A DNA stretch of 63,623 nt, filler included, from Reticulomyxa filosa (Eukaryota; Protista; Foraminifera): assembly GCA_000512085.1 (NCBI GenBank). It is 20 parts of 20 records of this genome, joined end to end, with 100 filler letters (N's around TTAATTAATTAA, not from the genome) between each part and the next. Parts side by side here need not be neighbours in the genome. Positions count along the whole stretch, not along the records: positions 23,224 to 27,961 come from ASPP01005659.1; positions 28,062 to 29,519 come from ASPP01016967.1; positions 29,620 to 37,595 come from ASPP01022537.1; positions 37,696 to 41,143 come from ASPP01024801.1; 16 more parts are not named here. One strand, given 5' to 3'. Position numbers and translations under genes: made by a program. Shown piece by piece: positions 27,174-40,679 of this stretch. The notes beneath the pieces were generated by a model. The model worked only from the letters and a program-made list of their open reading frames with translations, had not been told where the DNA came from and did no database searches. The number at the start of each line of letters is the position of its first letter. Positions within the stretch are counted from its first letter, which is position 1.

Positions 27174-27673
27174 TTTGTTTCTCATCCAGAATTAACAATG
27201 CTTTTCTTGCTGTTCTGTCAGTAGAGTCTGCTGGAAAATGAGATTTCTCAAGTGAAATGTATTGTGGTCAAAAGAAGAGGAGGAAAAATAAAAGAAGAAA
27301 AGGTCCTGTGCAGCAAAAGAACATTACTGCTTGCACACTTCTTTTTTTGCCATATTTTGTTAAGACATGTTTTTAAAACTTTGGTGCGAGAGGTATAACG
27401 GAATGTCATACTTAAGATTTGATAGTTGTCTGAAAAAATAAATAACAAGAAAAGCGTGGAGTTAACAAAATTTGAGGGTCTTGCTTGCAAATAATTAGTT
27501 TTTTTAATTTATGGATTTACTTTTAGCTGTAATGACATTTGCAAAAAGAGCGATACGCATTTTGAAAAAAATGAATATTGGCATGGTGGAAGAAAACAAC
27601 ACGAGAGGTCATTGTATTTTTGTTTTAGCACAATAAGTAACGCAAATTTGCTTGCAACTATAAAAACTTTAAC

Positions 27674-27961
27674 TCAACTGGACTGGAGTGCCATTTTTGC
27701 TCTACTTTGAAACGCTTGAGCACATTCATTAAAAGCAGCACCAGCATGGATCAAAAGTAAATCTGCTGGCCATTGTCTTACTAATTCTGCTAACTGATCG
27801 TCACTCATCGCTTCACCTAAAAAGTCGGACAGCGAGGTCGTTAATGCTTGATCAAATGGTTGAGTGCTCAAAGTCGTTGCCAGGAATTTCTTCCATTCCA
27901 GTAACAACTGCCACAGACTTTCGGTTGAGCATGTGGCAGCAAATTGTTGTAAATTGGACTG
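27674..27961 (-). CDS. 3' end of an unknown helical protein (partial)
   Basis: An open, GC-richer frame runs off the contig end. No motif recognised. Confidence 0.35.
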   Translation of the reverse strand, partial: QSNLQQFAATCSTESLWQLLLEWKKFLATTLSTQPFDQALTTSLSDFLGEAMSDDQLAELVRQWPADLLLIHAGAAFNECAQAFQSRAKMALQSS

Positions 27962-28649
27962 NNNNNNNNNNNNNNNNNNNNNNNNNNNNNNNNNNNNNNN
28001 NNNNNTTAATTAATTAANNNNNNNNNNNNNNNNNNNNNNNNNNNNNNNNNNNNNNNNNNNNTTCATTAATCCAATTTTCAAATTCAAACAAAAATTCGTT
28101 GTCCAATACTTGTAAGAAAAAATGGATATTAGTGAATTGAATGTGCTTGTGCCAGTGCGATTAAATTAAATAAATATCACATACTTTTTATTTTTCTGCT
28201 GTCAAATAAAAAGTTTAAATTTGTTTCTTTTAAAAGTTATATTCATTCAAAATTTGAAGGTAGTTTTGAATTATAATTATTTTTTCAAATTTTTTAACAA
28301 AAAGAATAGAAGAGTTTGGAGAAAGGGCCCTATCGTTACAATACTTTTTTTTTGTATAAAATACCCTTGTTTGAGTTCAGCTGTCATAATCAAGTGAAAT
28401 GATATAATTACTTAAATACAAACCCTTTTAAAGTATTGTAAAAATGTCTTCCTAAATCAAAATACCGTTAAAAGAAACAACGTTTAATCAAGTTAATGTG
28501 TTACAGTTCAGACAAGGATCTTTTCGTATTTGGGATAGTATCATTTTCCCAACAATAAAATTTGTCAAGTAAAATTTTTTCGCAAACAATTAACATTCCT
28601 TTTTTTTTCTTTTTGTTTTAAGTTTAAAAATTTAAGATAATATATTCCA

Positions 28650-28960
28650 TTATCTTCTTTATTGATCCACATATAACTCTTTCTTATCTGACCGAATATC
28701 CCAAAATTAAATTGTATTGTCAAATGCTCCAAAACATATCACATTTAAAATACTACCAATTTCAATATTATCTATTACAAAAGGTGAATATTCAACAGCA
28801 TTTACTTCCAATATTTACTCAAGTCACGCTTGTTTTTTTTTACCGGATCGAATATCCCACAAAAAAATACTTTTATGTATTGATACAGATAACATTGTGT
28901 TTACAGCAGCTATTTCTTGGTTCATTTGGTCCATGATTGCATAACAAAATGCTGTTCTTG
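28650..28960 (-). pseudogene. WD40-family fragment
   Basis: SIHKSIFLWDIRSGKK and FGAFDNTI*FWDIRSDKKELY. Confidence 0.75.
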
Positions 28961-30730
28961 AAAAAGTAAAAATAACAAAATATGCAAAAAGAAAATTAAA
29001 AATTAATAGAGAAAGACATTTCAGTTCATCTTGTGTCATACAAAAATTTACTTCAAATTTGTTTTGCATCTGTCAGAAAAGACTATTGTATAATTACAAG
29101 TTGAATATTTTTTTTGTATCCATGTTTCATCCTGATGTAATTGGACTTTGTGACTAACCTTTAGAAAAACAGAGCCAGAAAAGGATTAATCGTTTTTGTG
29201 TTTATATAAAAAAATTTTACGTTATTTTCAGGAAATAATGCAAAATGGATTGCAAGTGTTGGGATATCTCGTTCTCTCGTTTGGGGTGGTGCAAGCAGCA
29301 ATAGCGAGTTATGTTGGTGACAACAGATTCACTCATTCCATATCATGGTACGGGAACAGTGACAATAAAAATAACTACATAACTGGGCTGCGTTGGAGCA
29401 TTTCAAAGTCATTCAATACTATCCGTTAAGAACAGATTTTTAAAAAATTTAAAAGAAATAAATTAATTACCAAAAAAAAAAAGTTGTAGTGAATAAATTA
29501 TACGTAGAGGTGCACGCAGNNNNNNNNNNNNNNNNNNNNNNNNNNNNNNNNNNNNNNNNNNNNTTAATTAATTAANNNNNNNNNNNNNNNNNNNNNNNNN
29601 NNNNNNNNNNNNNNNNNNNCAAAAGCTTTCAACGTTCTCTACACTACAAAACTAGTAGAAGCGCTTTAGTTTTTGTGTATTAATTATTTACTACAAAATT
29701 TAACACTGAAATTGAACGCTAACATGCAATTGTGAAGATAATCAATTTTTTCCATGAAAGACAACACTATTTTAATTCTTTAATGTATTCATGTAGAGAG
29801 TTACTGAAAAAAAGTTTGAAATTTTACTGTTTTTATCTGGCCCAAAAAAAGTTTTTGAAAAACTATTTTTACGTAAAAATTGCAACATTGTAGATAAAAA
29901 AGTAGTATTAAGATTTGTTTGTGGGACGTCTGCTGATAGTATTGGTACACTAACTGTAATACGAGAGGTGTTTACTAAGAAGAGAATAAGGGTTTCGTAA
30001 AACGAAAGTAATTTAAGTAATAAAACAAGATAACAAAAGAAAAGTAAAAAAAAGCAAGAGAGTAAGAAGTAGTTGTTGATGAAGTTTAACCTACTGGGGA
30101 TTCCTCTGTTCCTTTAACGTTCAGGTACTTACAATAGGGAGTTGCTCTACATGTTTTTCATGCAAATCTTATAAGGTAAAATCTTATGTGCAAGTTTTTT
30201 TTCCAACACTTATTTACAGAATTGAAACAATAGATTATATCACAATGACGCCTCATTTTTACAAACATTTTAAAAAGCTTTTCTCTACTTTTCTAATATT
30301 CAAACTTTTATTGAATACCGGAGTCTCTGCTGTATTACGCAAAAAATCAACAATAGATAAACATCTAGAGTCATCTTCAAATCAATTTTTCTTAAAACAA
30401 TAAAAAATTTTCACGCCAATGAGCAATTTCCAAAGTATTTTTTGTGATCATTTTCCAATATTTGTATTACATCACGCACGTTTCTTTTATTAATCAAGTG
30501 TTTAAATTGTACAAAATCCTATTTGTACAAATATATCTAATAATGCTTTGTCACATTGAAAGTAAATCTTTTTCTGACGTGACGCTTTTGACCTGAGAAT
30601 TCTGACTGACAAAAACAAAAAAGATCTTAAAAAATTATAATAAAAATATACAACAAGAGCTCCCCATACACACATCCTAAACAATTCGCTCAATCACCTG
30701 ATTTCATCTAAATTATCTCAATAGTTTCAA

Positions 30731-32129
30731 ATGGGTACCTGTTGCAGTAGTAGAAACGGCGGTCGTCGAAGAAAATCAACTTCAACAAAAACACCTCCTA
30801 GTATTGTCGATGAGCAGTCGCAACATTCACACAAAGAGCATTCCACACAAATCGCGCTGTCATCAGTTAATATTTTTTGTGTTATATTCTTCTCAAATAT
30901 ATGGCAAATGAGTACCTGTCACTACATGTGTGTATATTTATTTCCCACCCTTCTCGTCTCTCATACCCAAATGTGAAATTTCTGTGTCAATCCAATGGAA
31001 TAGGGGAAACATGAAAAAACGGGCAGTCGCAGGATTACACAGCACGGAGTCATGACACAAATTGCAATGAGATTTCCGAAAATACGACGCGTTAATTTGT
31101 CTTCTTTTTGCCGGAAGAGTCAAACAGCGTGTTCCCCTTTTTTTCCGCCACAACAAAAAAAAAAAAAAAAAAAGAAAAAGGAACCAAAGCATATCTTTTT
31201 TGTTCTTCTCCCCCCTTCAATTGTAACTTCTCCCTCCTATCTCTGCCTAAAAGTGGTGTCACATAAAAGCAAAAAAAAAACCCGAATACGTACACTTAAA
31301 AGCTTGAAGAAAATGCGCACTAAGATAAATTAAATAACCAAAATGCTTTTTTTTTTTTTTTTTTGGTGTGGAAACCCGAACCGTTGAATTCTTCATACAG
31401 TCATTCCGTGCGATTCAAGAAGTATTCAATAAACATGCAGGAGATCAAAAATGGATTCCAAAGTCAGCGGTAAAACCAATATTAATAGAATTGGGCGCAA
31501 AGCCCGAAGAGTTGACAGATGAAATAATAAACGAAATAATCAAAACAAGCAATTTAGATGGAGATGAAAAAATTGAATTTAAAGAATTTTTAATTGCATG
31601 TGCGGTTGGTTTGTTTCTCAAAAACAGTGGAGAAAATCAATCGCCACAATTCCAAGAAATTCGTGAAGGGTTTTTAGTTAAAATTTTTTTTTTTGGATAA
31701 GTTTGTTGTTCGGCACAAGTTTGAAACAAATTTGTGGTTCATTATTTTTTCTTTTTGCTTGTTGTTACGCAACAATGACTCCTGTAATATGACATCCTTT
31801 TGCTTGATTTGATAAAGGTCGTACGACAAGCCTTTGACAAAATTGACGAAGATAAGAGTGAAGAAATTGATTTTGAAGAGCTGAGGGGTGCCTTTTTGAG
31901 CATGAAACAAGACGATCTTATTAACGAACGATTAAAAGAATTAGATTTTAATGGTGACAAAACCATTGAATTTCCAGAGTTTGTTTATGGAATGTGTGCA
32001 TGGGTTGGAATGGGTGGAAGTGACGAAGATGAAATTGTCGATCCGGAGGTATTGTCTCCACAGCTCAACAATAAATTTTTTGATTTAAAAGATGAACTAG
32101 AACATGGGCATATGGCAATCGAATCTTGA
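30731..32129 (+). CDS. EF-hand calcium-binding protein, CML21/CML22-like, with an N-myristoylation/palmitoylation motif (about 4 exons)
   Basis: Starts MGTCCS. Contains ...MRFPKIRR/SFRAIQEVF, EF loops NLDGDEKIEFKE, DEDKSEEIDFEE and DFNGDKTIEFPE, and C-terminal AWVGMGGSDEDE like plant CML21 'QWVGIDENEEE'. Confidence 0.85.
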
Positions 32130-32834
32130 AAAGGAAAAGGCGCATAAATGTCAATACTATCACAAATATCAAATTAAAGCAACAAAAATAAATTACAACG
32201 GAAGGGGAAAAAAAGGGATGTGGATTAGCCAAAAGCTAAACAATAAATTCATTTTAGTGTGCTTTATCTGCTTAAAAACAAAAAATTAGAAAATTATGAC
32301 TTAGTTTGGACTAGGTCAACTGTATGAATTTTTTGTTTGTGTTTTGTCTGTTTGTTTATTTATGTTGGTTGACAATCACATTTTTGAAAAGAAATATATA
32401 ATTTGACACAAACTGTGATTGAATTCATTTTGTTTGGACACTTTTGTGATTGACAAATGTTGTTGGATGTGATATATTGACTCTCCTCCTACCAATTCTA
32501 GTAGCAAAATCCAAGCACAGCTTATCTAGTTCTGATTTTATTTTGAATTTTTGTTCGTTTTGATGACGTTTGGCACACAATTTAAGATTAAAAAAATGTT
32601 CAGAAAATCTCCTTTAGTTTTGTTAATATCTTGCGTCTTTCGTTTGTTGAAGAAGCTTCTCAATTTGAGAATACAAATATTTGCGTGTGTTGCTTGTGTG
32701 ATCCTAAAAAATGCAGTACGGTGTAAAAAATAATGAGCATATTTTTGCCAGAAGATCACGTACAAACGACAAAAGTGTCAAATTAGCAACAAGAAGCCAC
32801 ATTAATTTTTGCTTTTTCAAAAGGAAAAATTGGT

Positions 32835-34612
32835 TTATTTTCCCAGAGCCAGTTCTTTCTCTTGCAGCAATTCTTTTGCAGTGGCATCCATTTTTTCTCG
32901 GGAAAATTTGTCAATGGGCAGTCCATGAACAATTCTATAATTTCCAGCACTACATGTAACAGGGAAAGAATATATTAATCCGCGTGGAACACCATATGAA
33001 CCGTCCGATGGGACTGCCATACTCACCCATTCGCCCTATTTGTTTTTTTGCGCGTTTAACTTTTCGACATTGAAATAAATTTTAAACAAATAATGACATT
33101 TTTTTTGTTATTTACAACACATTCTCTAAACTGGTTTCGTTCCCAAGATCCAGTCTCTGACATGATCTAAACAGGCGTTGGCAGCACTGGCAGCGCTTGA
33201 CAAGCCTCTGGCTTGAATGATTTCCGCACCTCTGTCTTGGACTTTTTTCAAAAATACACCTTTCACCCATTCGTCGTCATTTACTGCTGATTTGACAGTA
33301 GTGCGCAAGTGTTTCGATGGAAAATTTTCAACAAATCCATGATTGATGTCTGGATATTGTGTGCTAGAATGGTTTCCCCAAATAATTACGTTTTTAATAT
33401 CAGCAACAGGTACTTTTAATCTCTCAGCTAATTGAAAAACTGCGGGATTGATGAAAGGAAGGAGTGGGAGTAACAAATAAAATTCACGATAAGATTGACG
33501 CAAAAAAAAAAAAAAAAAATAAAAAACCTGCTCGATTTTGGTCCAATCTAGTCATGGCAGTGAAGTTTTCCTTGGGAATGCTAGGAGCATTTTGCATTGC
33601 AATCAAGCAATTGGTATTTGCCGGATTGCCAACGACGCAAACTTTGACATTGCGATCAGCATGTGCCTCAATTGCTTGACCTTGTCCTTCAAAAATCTTT
33701 GCATTCACTGACAACAAGTCTCCTCTTTCCATACCTTTGGTACGAGGTCGAGCTCCAATCAGCAAAGCAACTTCAAATCGGTACACGAAAACGAGGAAAA
33801 AATATTTATTTGTTTATATATATACAACAACAATTTCGTTTTTAATTTATTTATTTATTCATTTATTTTTATTGTTTATTTTTGAATGTGAAATGTATGC
33901 GTTTGTATGTTGGTCTCCTCCTTGCACTGATTGTGGTTTATTCTGTTCTTGAACCCCTCTTTTCACTCCCCCTTTTTTTTTTTAACGAAATTGTCTATGA
34001 ATAGGAATTTTCTTTTTCTATGCAACAGAACGTAGACATCAACTTACTTTCAACGTCTTGAAATGCAACCTTGTAGTCAGTGGTTGTGATAATTTTAGTT
34101 AACAAAGGAAACGCGCAATCCTTCAGTTCCATTGCTACTCCTTCCATCACTTTCGCCATTGGCTCACTTGATGACCCCCAAAAAAAAAATTAATTTTGAA
34201 CAAACATTCTCCTTTTTTAAATCTCATTGAAAAAAAAAATTTGAAAACCCGATTTTTTTAGAAATTTCTTTCTTTTTTTTTTTGCATACATATCCAGCAA
34301 TCTCAATTCAATGGGTGTGTTGGGTCCCAACAATTTACCACCACCGATGCCAAACAATATGGAATACGCAATGTTTCCTGCAGCTCCGGTCACCAACACC
34401 TTGACTGGCTTGTAAAATTTCTATTTTCCAAAAAGTTTTGGATTGCATCAAAATTAATTTAGTATGATACATTTCACACAAATAATGCTTTGCGTTCCTA
34501 AAAAGAAAACACTAACCTTGGAAGTCTTTGAAGCGGTGTTATTTGTCTTCAATGAGTCATTTGAGGCAGGATTGGAACTCAGTTGTTCCGCAATCTTTCG
34601 AATTCGCAACAT
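32835..34612 (-). CDS. MDH1: Malate dehydrogenase, cytosolic (MDH1) type, 6 exons, with a PTS2-like N-terminal extension
   Basis: Motifs [81 protein letters not shown] and YSFPV. Exon 1 (34612-34517) splices in frame to exon 2 at 34420. Confidence 0.95.
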
Positions 34613-35262
34613 TATTGAAATGTTTCAATGTAATCGACCTGAACTTTTAATTTTCTTACTAAAAACGTATAACTATAGGCGTTTTTGATTTCCCAACAGG
34701 AAAAAAATAATTTTTTTTTTAATGGGACATGTAGCATATGAGTTTACTTTTTTACAATTGTTGAATTTAAAAAATCTTGCACTAAAAAAAAATTATCTCT
34801 TTGCTGTCACATCACGATATAAAGAGATCACAAGATTTGTCAAAAGTGATTAACATTTGAAATTTGACTAGCTAAAAATACTGACACAACATAATAGTGC
34901 AAGTTCACGTATTACGAATGAATATGATAATACCTTTATACTTATTCTAAGTGTCTCACTTTTGTTTTTTTGGAGACGTGTTTGTACTGTTTTTGGGCTA
35001 AGACTCACCCTGAAACCTTTTTGGAGGAAAAAGGGAAAATTTTTTTCCTTTTGGATAGCTTCGCTCGAGTGCATTGTTGGCAGAAATAACGTCCTTAGCT
35101 CTAGGTTCTGATGGCACAGCAATCAACATGGCCAAAACTAAGCGTGGTCGAAAAAAAGGGCTTGGGCTTTCGAAAGAGCAAAAAGAAGCAAAAAAGTACG
35201 CAAAAAATGGCATAATCGACATTTACTTTGTCGATAACGGGAACACTTGAATTTTTTTTTTA

Positions 35263-35610
35263 TTGGCGTTTCCAAAAAAAAAAATGATCCACACAAATGA
35301 ACAACCCCAAACATTGACCCAACCAAATAAACGAATGAAACAAAAAAAAAGGGACATGAAAAACAAGCGTGAGCAATATCGACGGAATCACCAAAACCTC
35401 TATTTTGAATTGTTGTATATGACATGTGGCGAAATACCTCGATATAACCGACCAGAGCGAGCGTCGATTTTAAAAAAGGCCATTGTAGAAATTACAACAC
35501 TACGAAGGCATTGTTTACAATTGGAAAAACAGCTCAAACAAGCTAACATTAACACCATGCCTAAACCGCAACTTATTTTGAATGAAGAAAGTCAAACAAC
35601 TGACCCTTAA
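35263..35610 (+). CDS. bHLH-leucine-zipper (Myc/Max/Mlx-like) domain exon
   Basis: KNKREQYRRNHQNLYFELL...PERASILKKAIVEITTLRRHCLQLEKQLKQ fits the basic E..RR region, helix 2 'SIL..A...I..L' and a heptad zipper. Confidence 0.75.
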   Translation: MAFPKKKMIHTNEQPQTLTQPNKRMKQKKRDMKNKREQYRRNHQNLYFELLYMTCGEIPRYNRPERASILKKAIVEITTLRRHCLQLEKQLKQANINTMPKPQLILNEESQTTDP

Positions 35611-36297
35611 AAAAAAAAAAAAGAGAAAAAAAAAAAGGGGATATTGTTTTTTTTGTTGACAAATGAAGTACGTATAAACATCATAATTCACTTGTTCGCA
35701 TAGAAAAATTGTGGGCATTATATCATTCCAACAGCAAAACGGATCAAGGTCGAAGTCGTTCCAGAGCGAAATTGCGGATCAAGTTACCTTTACTACCCTC
35801 TTGCACTTTATATACATATTCATACTAAAAAAAAATGGACAAAACGACCATTTTTGTTATAGTTGTTTCTTTTTCCCCTCCCCCTTCCCCCTTTTTCGGA
35901 AAATTGTGTTGAACAGTTTGAAACAATTAAACACACAAAAAAACAAAACAAAGCTGCTTGGGTTCGGTGGAGTCTATTGCCGAGGAAAAGTTTATGAGTG
36001 ATGACTCCAGTTATGTTAAGAAGTTGTAATGAGATTAATATTGAACTTAAATTTTTATTTTTTTTGGAAATATTTTGACCCCCTCTTTCTCATACACACA
36101 TATATCCCCCCCCCCTGTTTTTGGTAACAAGGTGATTTTATGTGCGTATGACCTATGGTGTTTTTTTTTTTATGCCAAAAGGTCCAAGTGGTATACTTGT
36201 CCTTAAATGAAAAAGTCTGAAGACAATACTTGAAAGGGTCTTTTGACTTGCCTTTTTTTTTTTTTTCTTTTGGCAAACGAATCAATCAACAAAATGA

Positions 36298-37480
36298 ATG
36301 AAATGGACAGATGCAATTTGTGTGCTGAGAGGCATCATCCCCGATGAGAAGTCAGCCAGTTATGCAGTGTATGATTGGCGTGCAATTGATGAGGCTTCCT
36401 CTGGAAATGTTGCAGCTAGTCAATACACCAACGGCAGAAGAATTGAGAAACTGAATGCGAATGACAACAGCAATGACAACCACTCAAACATACAGCAAAC
36501 ATTTTTGCCAAAGTCGGGTGATCATGGTAGCCACAGCAGTGAACCCATAAAACAACAAGTTGGCATTGCACACGACTTTCATGGCAGCTTTAAGATGCAT
36601 ACTGGCAGTCCCACCAAATTGCGAAGGCTGAATGATGGAACTCGATGTGACGTAATGAATGCCACAAACACTATTATTACTACCAATGCCAACATCAATT
36701 CCAATTCCAATTGCAATCCCAATACTAATCCCAATACCAATCCCAATAACAATATTAATGCTAATACTACTATCAATACCAATGTCAATACATTGGAATT
36801 TCCATTAAACTTTGGCAGTCCGTATTCTTTGAACGAAACACTGTTGTTCCCTAAGTCCGCATCGGCGGCAGCATTGCAGTTGCGTACATTACAAGCCGAG
36901 CCAATCCATTCGCAGCCTATAAAAAGCAATGCCGCTGCGACAGCCACAACCCAATCGTCACCCTTTTCGCTGTGGAATCCATACCACCCGACCAACGGCT
37001 CACTACCATTTCACAATGCATACGTTTACGGCAATAGCACGAAAGATAGTCTTTTACCGCAAAAGCACAAAGCCTTTATTTGCAGTTTTGCTGTTCCTTC
37101 CCCCTCTTTGTTCTTGTCTTTTTCCACACAAAAGAAAAAATGCTATCAATCTTTGGTGGTGACTAGACGTGCAGACGGCCGCAAATGCAAAGCAATGGAT
37201 ATGTCCGAGTGACGCATACCTCACTAAGAGCGAGGAAGAGCACAACGAATTGGACAACCAAACCAATCAAGAGAAAAGTCCGATGACATCGTCAGAGCAG
37301 TTATCACCATCCAACACCGAGTCTTTCTCTTTGGATAGCGCCAGCGATTTCTCTCAAATTGCCGTCACCAATCATCGTTCCATGCAAACCATTGGCGGCT
37401 ATCACACATCGGCGTCATCCAACTGTTCATTTGTGAATCCCCCACGTTATCCCATTCAAAACTTTCTCATTTCTAAACTA
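36298..37480 (+). CDS. Low-complexity (N/T/S-rich) exons, possibly the downstream part of the bHLH gene
   Basis: A 304-codon ORF plus a following open segment. No domain recognised; the linkage to the bHLH exon is inferred. Confidence 0.45.
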
Positions 37481-38264
37481 GGTTTACATATATGTATATG
37501 TACATACATATACATTTATTTACATATGTATACATATATGTATATGACGTATATTAGTCTACCTGTTGTATTGGACCCAACGAATACATATCAAANNNNN
37601 NNNNNNNNNNNNNNNNNNNNNNNNNNNNNNNNNNNNNNNTTAATTAATTAANNNNNNNNNNNNNNNNNNNNNNNNNNNNNNNNNNNNNNNNNNNNATTGC
37701 TTGCTTTTGTATAAACAAACAAACTCGAATTGGATAAAATAGGGATCCAACAATAGTCAAAGTTTTGTTTGCGTTCGAAATCACATAAACAACTGCGATT
37801 TAAATTGGAAAGGATGTACGTACACGTGGAAAATCAGTTGTGATGAAAAATATTCAATGTTTCGAGTTCGGAAGATGGATTTCAACTACAATCGACATTA
37901 TGTTAACTTTTAATTTTTTCTATTTTTGTTTTTGTTATAGGGTCGATGCTTTTTGGAACTTTTTTTTAAAAAGATGTTTGACGTTTTTGAATTGTCTCAT
38001 TGTTCGTGTATAACATATTTGTGTGGTAATGACCCAATTAAAATAATAATAACAATAATAGTTTTTGACAATATCAGAATTTGGAATATATAGTGAGCTG
38101 CAAGAACCGGTGTTGCAACAAATAAGCAAGTGTTTATTTCTACTTGATCTCTCTATGCTATAACATCTTTTTTTTGTTTCAATGCAATAAACAAATAAAT
38201 AAATAACAATAATAATGTCAATAACACAATAGTTGTTTGTTGTTGTGTTTTCAATTGTATTGAA

Positions 38265-39800
38265 ATGCAAACACTGGAACACCACACAAAAGGGTTGCTG
38301 CCATTTGTGTATTCACACAATTTTGATACCAATGATGTTTGCCATTGGTTGGGCACGAACAAAGGAGTGGACACGTGGCAAAATCTAGCATTGCGTGTGC
38401 ATATCCGTGTGTTATACTCATCTCTCGCCGCAGACAGCAAGTCTGCCCATTGTGTGGTCGGTTGTGAGCTTGTTCGTTGTGTCACAGGTCAAAAGAAGTC
38501 GTCGTGGTTTGTAATTGATTTTAAAAACATCAAAATCATCCCAACTCATTGCTCATTGAAGTTTCGACAACTTTTATTTGTTATTTTTTATATCGTTAAA
38601 TGAATGATTTAATTAATTAAATAATTTTATTACAAAAAAAAAAGACACTGCATTACCGAATGCTTGCGCAATTGGAAATTTGGTGTCAATGGACAATGGG
38701 TGACTCTGATCACTCACAACAACGACCAGTCGTTGAATCGAAAAGTTGCCACGCATACATTGATAATCCTATATCATGTTGTGAAAAATCAATCTTTTAC
38801 AAGTTTTGATTGTTCCAATTTGGCTCCAATTTGAACTCGCATCAATATTTGTTCTGTTCCGGATTTGAAATCTATGTCACATTTGTGCCTGAAGTCGACT
38901 CGCCGAGCGAAGGGGATGGCACCAAAGACGTCAAACGCATGTTCAAGTACACGCAAGATATGGATTCTAATGACTTATTCTACTTTTTATGCACAAATGT
39001 AGTAGAGCGACAATGGGCCAATTCTGTTGATTTGCAATTGGTCAATGTGGATGCTTCATCATTGATGAAGATTCTGCGCCGTTTTCCGCTTTGTGTGGAC
39101 GCGCTTCGGTGAGATTTGTGATCAAGACTAACCAGAAGTCGTGGATTAGCATCGACTTGAAAGACACCAAAATGTATTTATCACATTATACATTGCGACA
39201 TTACAACTCGTGGGACACAGAAGCATTGCGTTTTTTGGTATTGGAAGGAAGTGACGATGGAGTAGCCTGGATCCCATTGCGACAGCATGCGGGCGACAAA
39301 GCGTTGCGCAAAGCCAGAATGGCACACACATTGTCTGTTGAAACGTCTCAATACTTTTCCAGATTTCGTATTTTCATGACTGGTAGAAATAGCAACATCA
39401 ATTGGGTATAACTTATATATGTATTTGTACATTATACATATATGTATATAGTATGTAATATTGTTATTAAATTGTCTGCTTTTTAAATAAATACATAACA
39501 TCAAAGTATTTAGCATGCTTTGGTGTCGAATTGTACGGAGATGATGTTGGAGGACTTGTATCACTCACAGCAAATTCTTATCAACCAGTTTCAAAGGTCA
39601 CAGAAGAAAAATTTTCTGAACAAAGAAAAAATGATGCCGTTATTAGTGGCGATTCATTGCCTGACGACGATACAGGAGAAGTAATAGTAATCGTCACTGT
39701 GATTGTGTCGCAACATGTTGGACCGGAATTATTTGTTGATGCCTTCACGTACTCAGGTGATTTGAACACACAAGTAGTATTCTATTTATACGTATTGAAA
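38265..39800 (+). pseudogene. Degenerate gene with tandem HECTD1-type discoidin/Sad1-UNC-like domains
   Basis: Two copies of 'F.Y..dfD.N.....LgTN....W.N', 'SW..IDlK..K...tHYtLRH' and 'ALRf..LEGSDDG.AW..LR.H..D.AL', with stops and frameshifts. Confidence 0.7.
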
Positions 39801-40679
39801 AAAAAATATATATAATATAAAGTGTTGTCAGAATTTAGTTTATTGATTGAAAATATAGAAAATACAACAAATTCGTTGAAATTTATGGCAGTAATAGAGC
39901 CAAAATCATTTGCCAAACAATAAACAATTGATTGGAGCCAAAAATCATGAGACTACATTGCTTGAACAGTACGAAAATGATATTATGTCGGCAAATCTTT
40001 ATCTTATGATGAAAAATTTGGTGTATGTGTTGGAGACTGTGCTAATGTTATTCGTATGCTAAAAATAAAACAATTGAAGTTTTGACTTTTTTTATTTTTT
40101 TTATAAAGTATATTTGTGTAAACATTAAATACTAATTCGAAATTAGAACTTTGTGTAACTATTAATGTGTGGAATAAAAAATATGTCTTATTGAATGTAG
40201 TTTCCAAATTTAAAACATTTGATAATTTGTCGTTAGTTCAGTAGCAATATTTGTAGTAGTGTCGCTGAAATAACGAACAGTGCCACTTGTTTGATTAATC
40301 AGTATCTCCATCGTCTGGCCCACCACAAACATTGAAAAGTATTTGATGCAAACGATCCAACAACTCATTGCAGTGTCGTTTTTATATATTTTCTTTGACT
40401 TAAAAAAAATATATATTTGTTGTTTGAACAGATTGACAACTTTGATAAAAGAAAAAAATTAGTAAATGAAGTAAGTTCCCCCGTCTCCGAAAGGAGTTAA
40501 AAAGGTTTGCAATGTATTTATTTTTTATTTTTTAATATGTTAAATTGTGATTTGTTTATAACAGCCTTTACTAGTCTCGAAAAAAAAAAAGTTTTAAACT
40601 CCACCAATCTATGAAGAAAAAATAAGGGGTTGAAGTCTACCCCGTATGGAAAAAAAAATATAAGGGTTTGTATATTTGT

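Noticed and set aside
32835-32860. Stop-codon read-through PTS1 on MDH1, as in animals
   Set aside because: The stop is TAA, and the downstream codons (TNFSF then TGA) give no SKL-like tripeptide.
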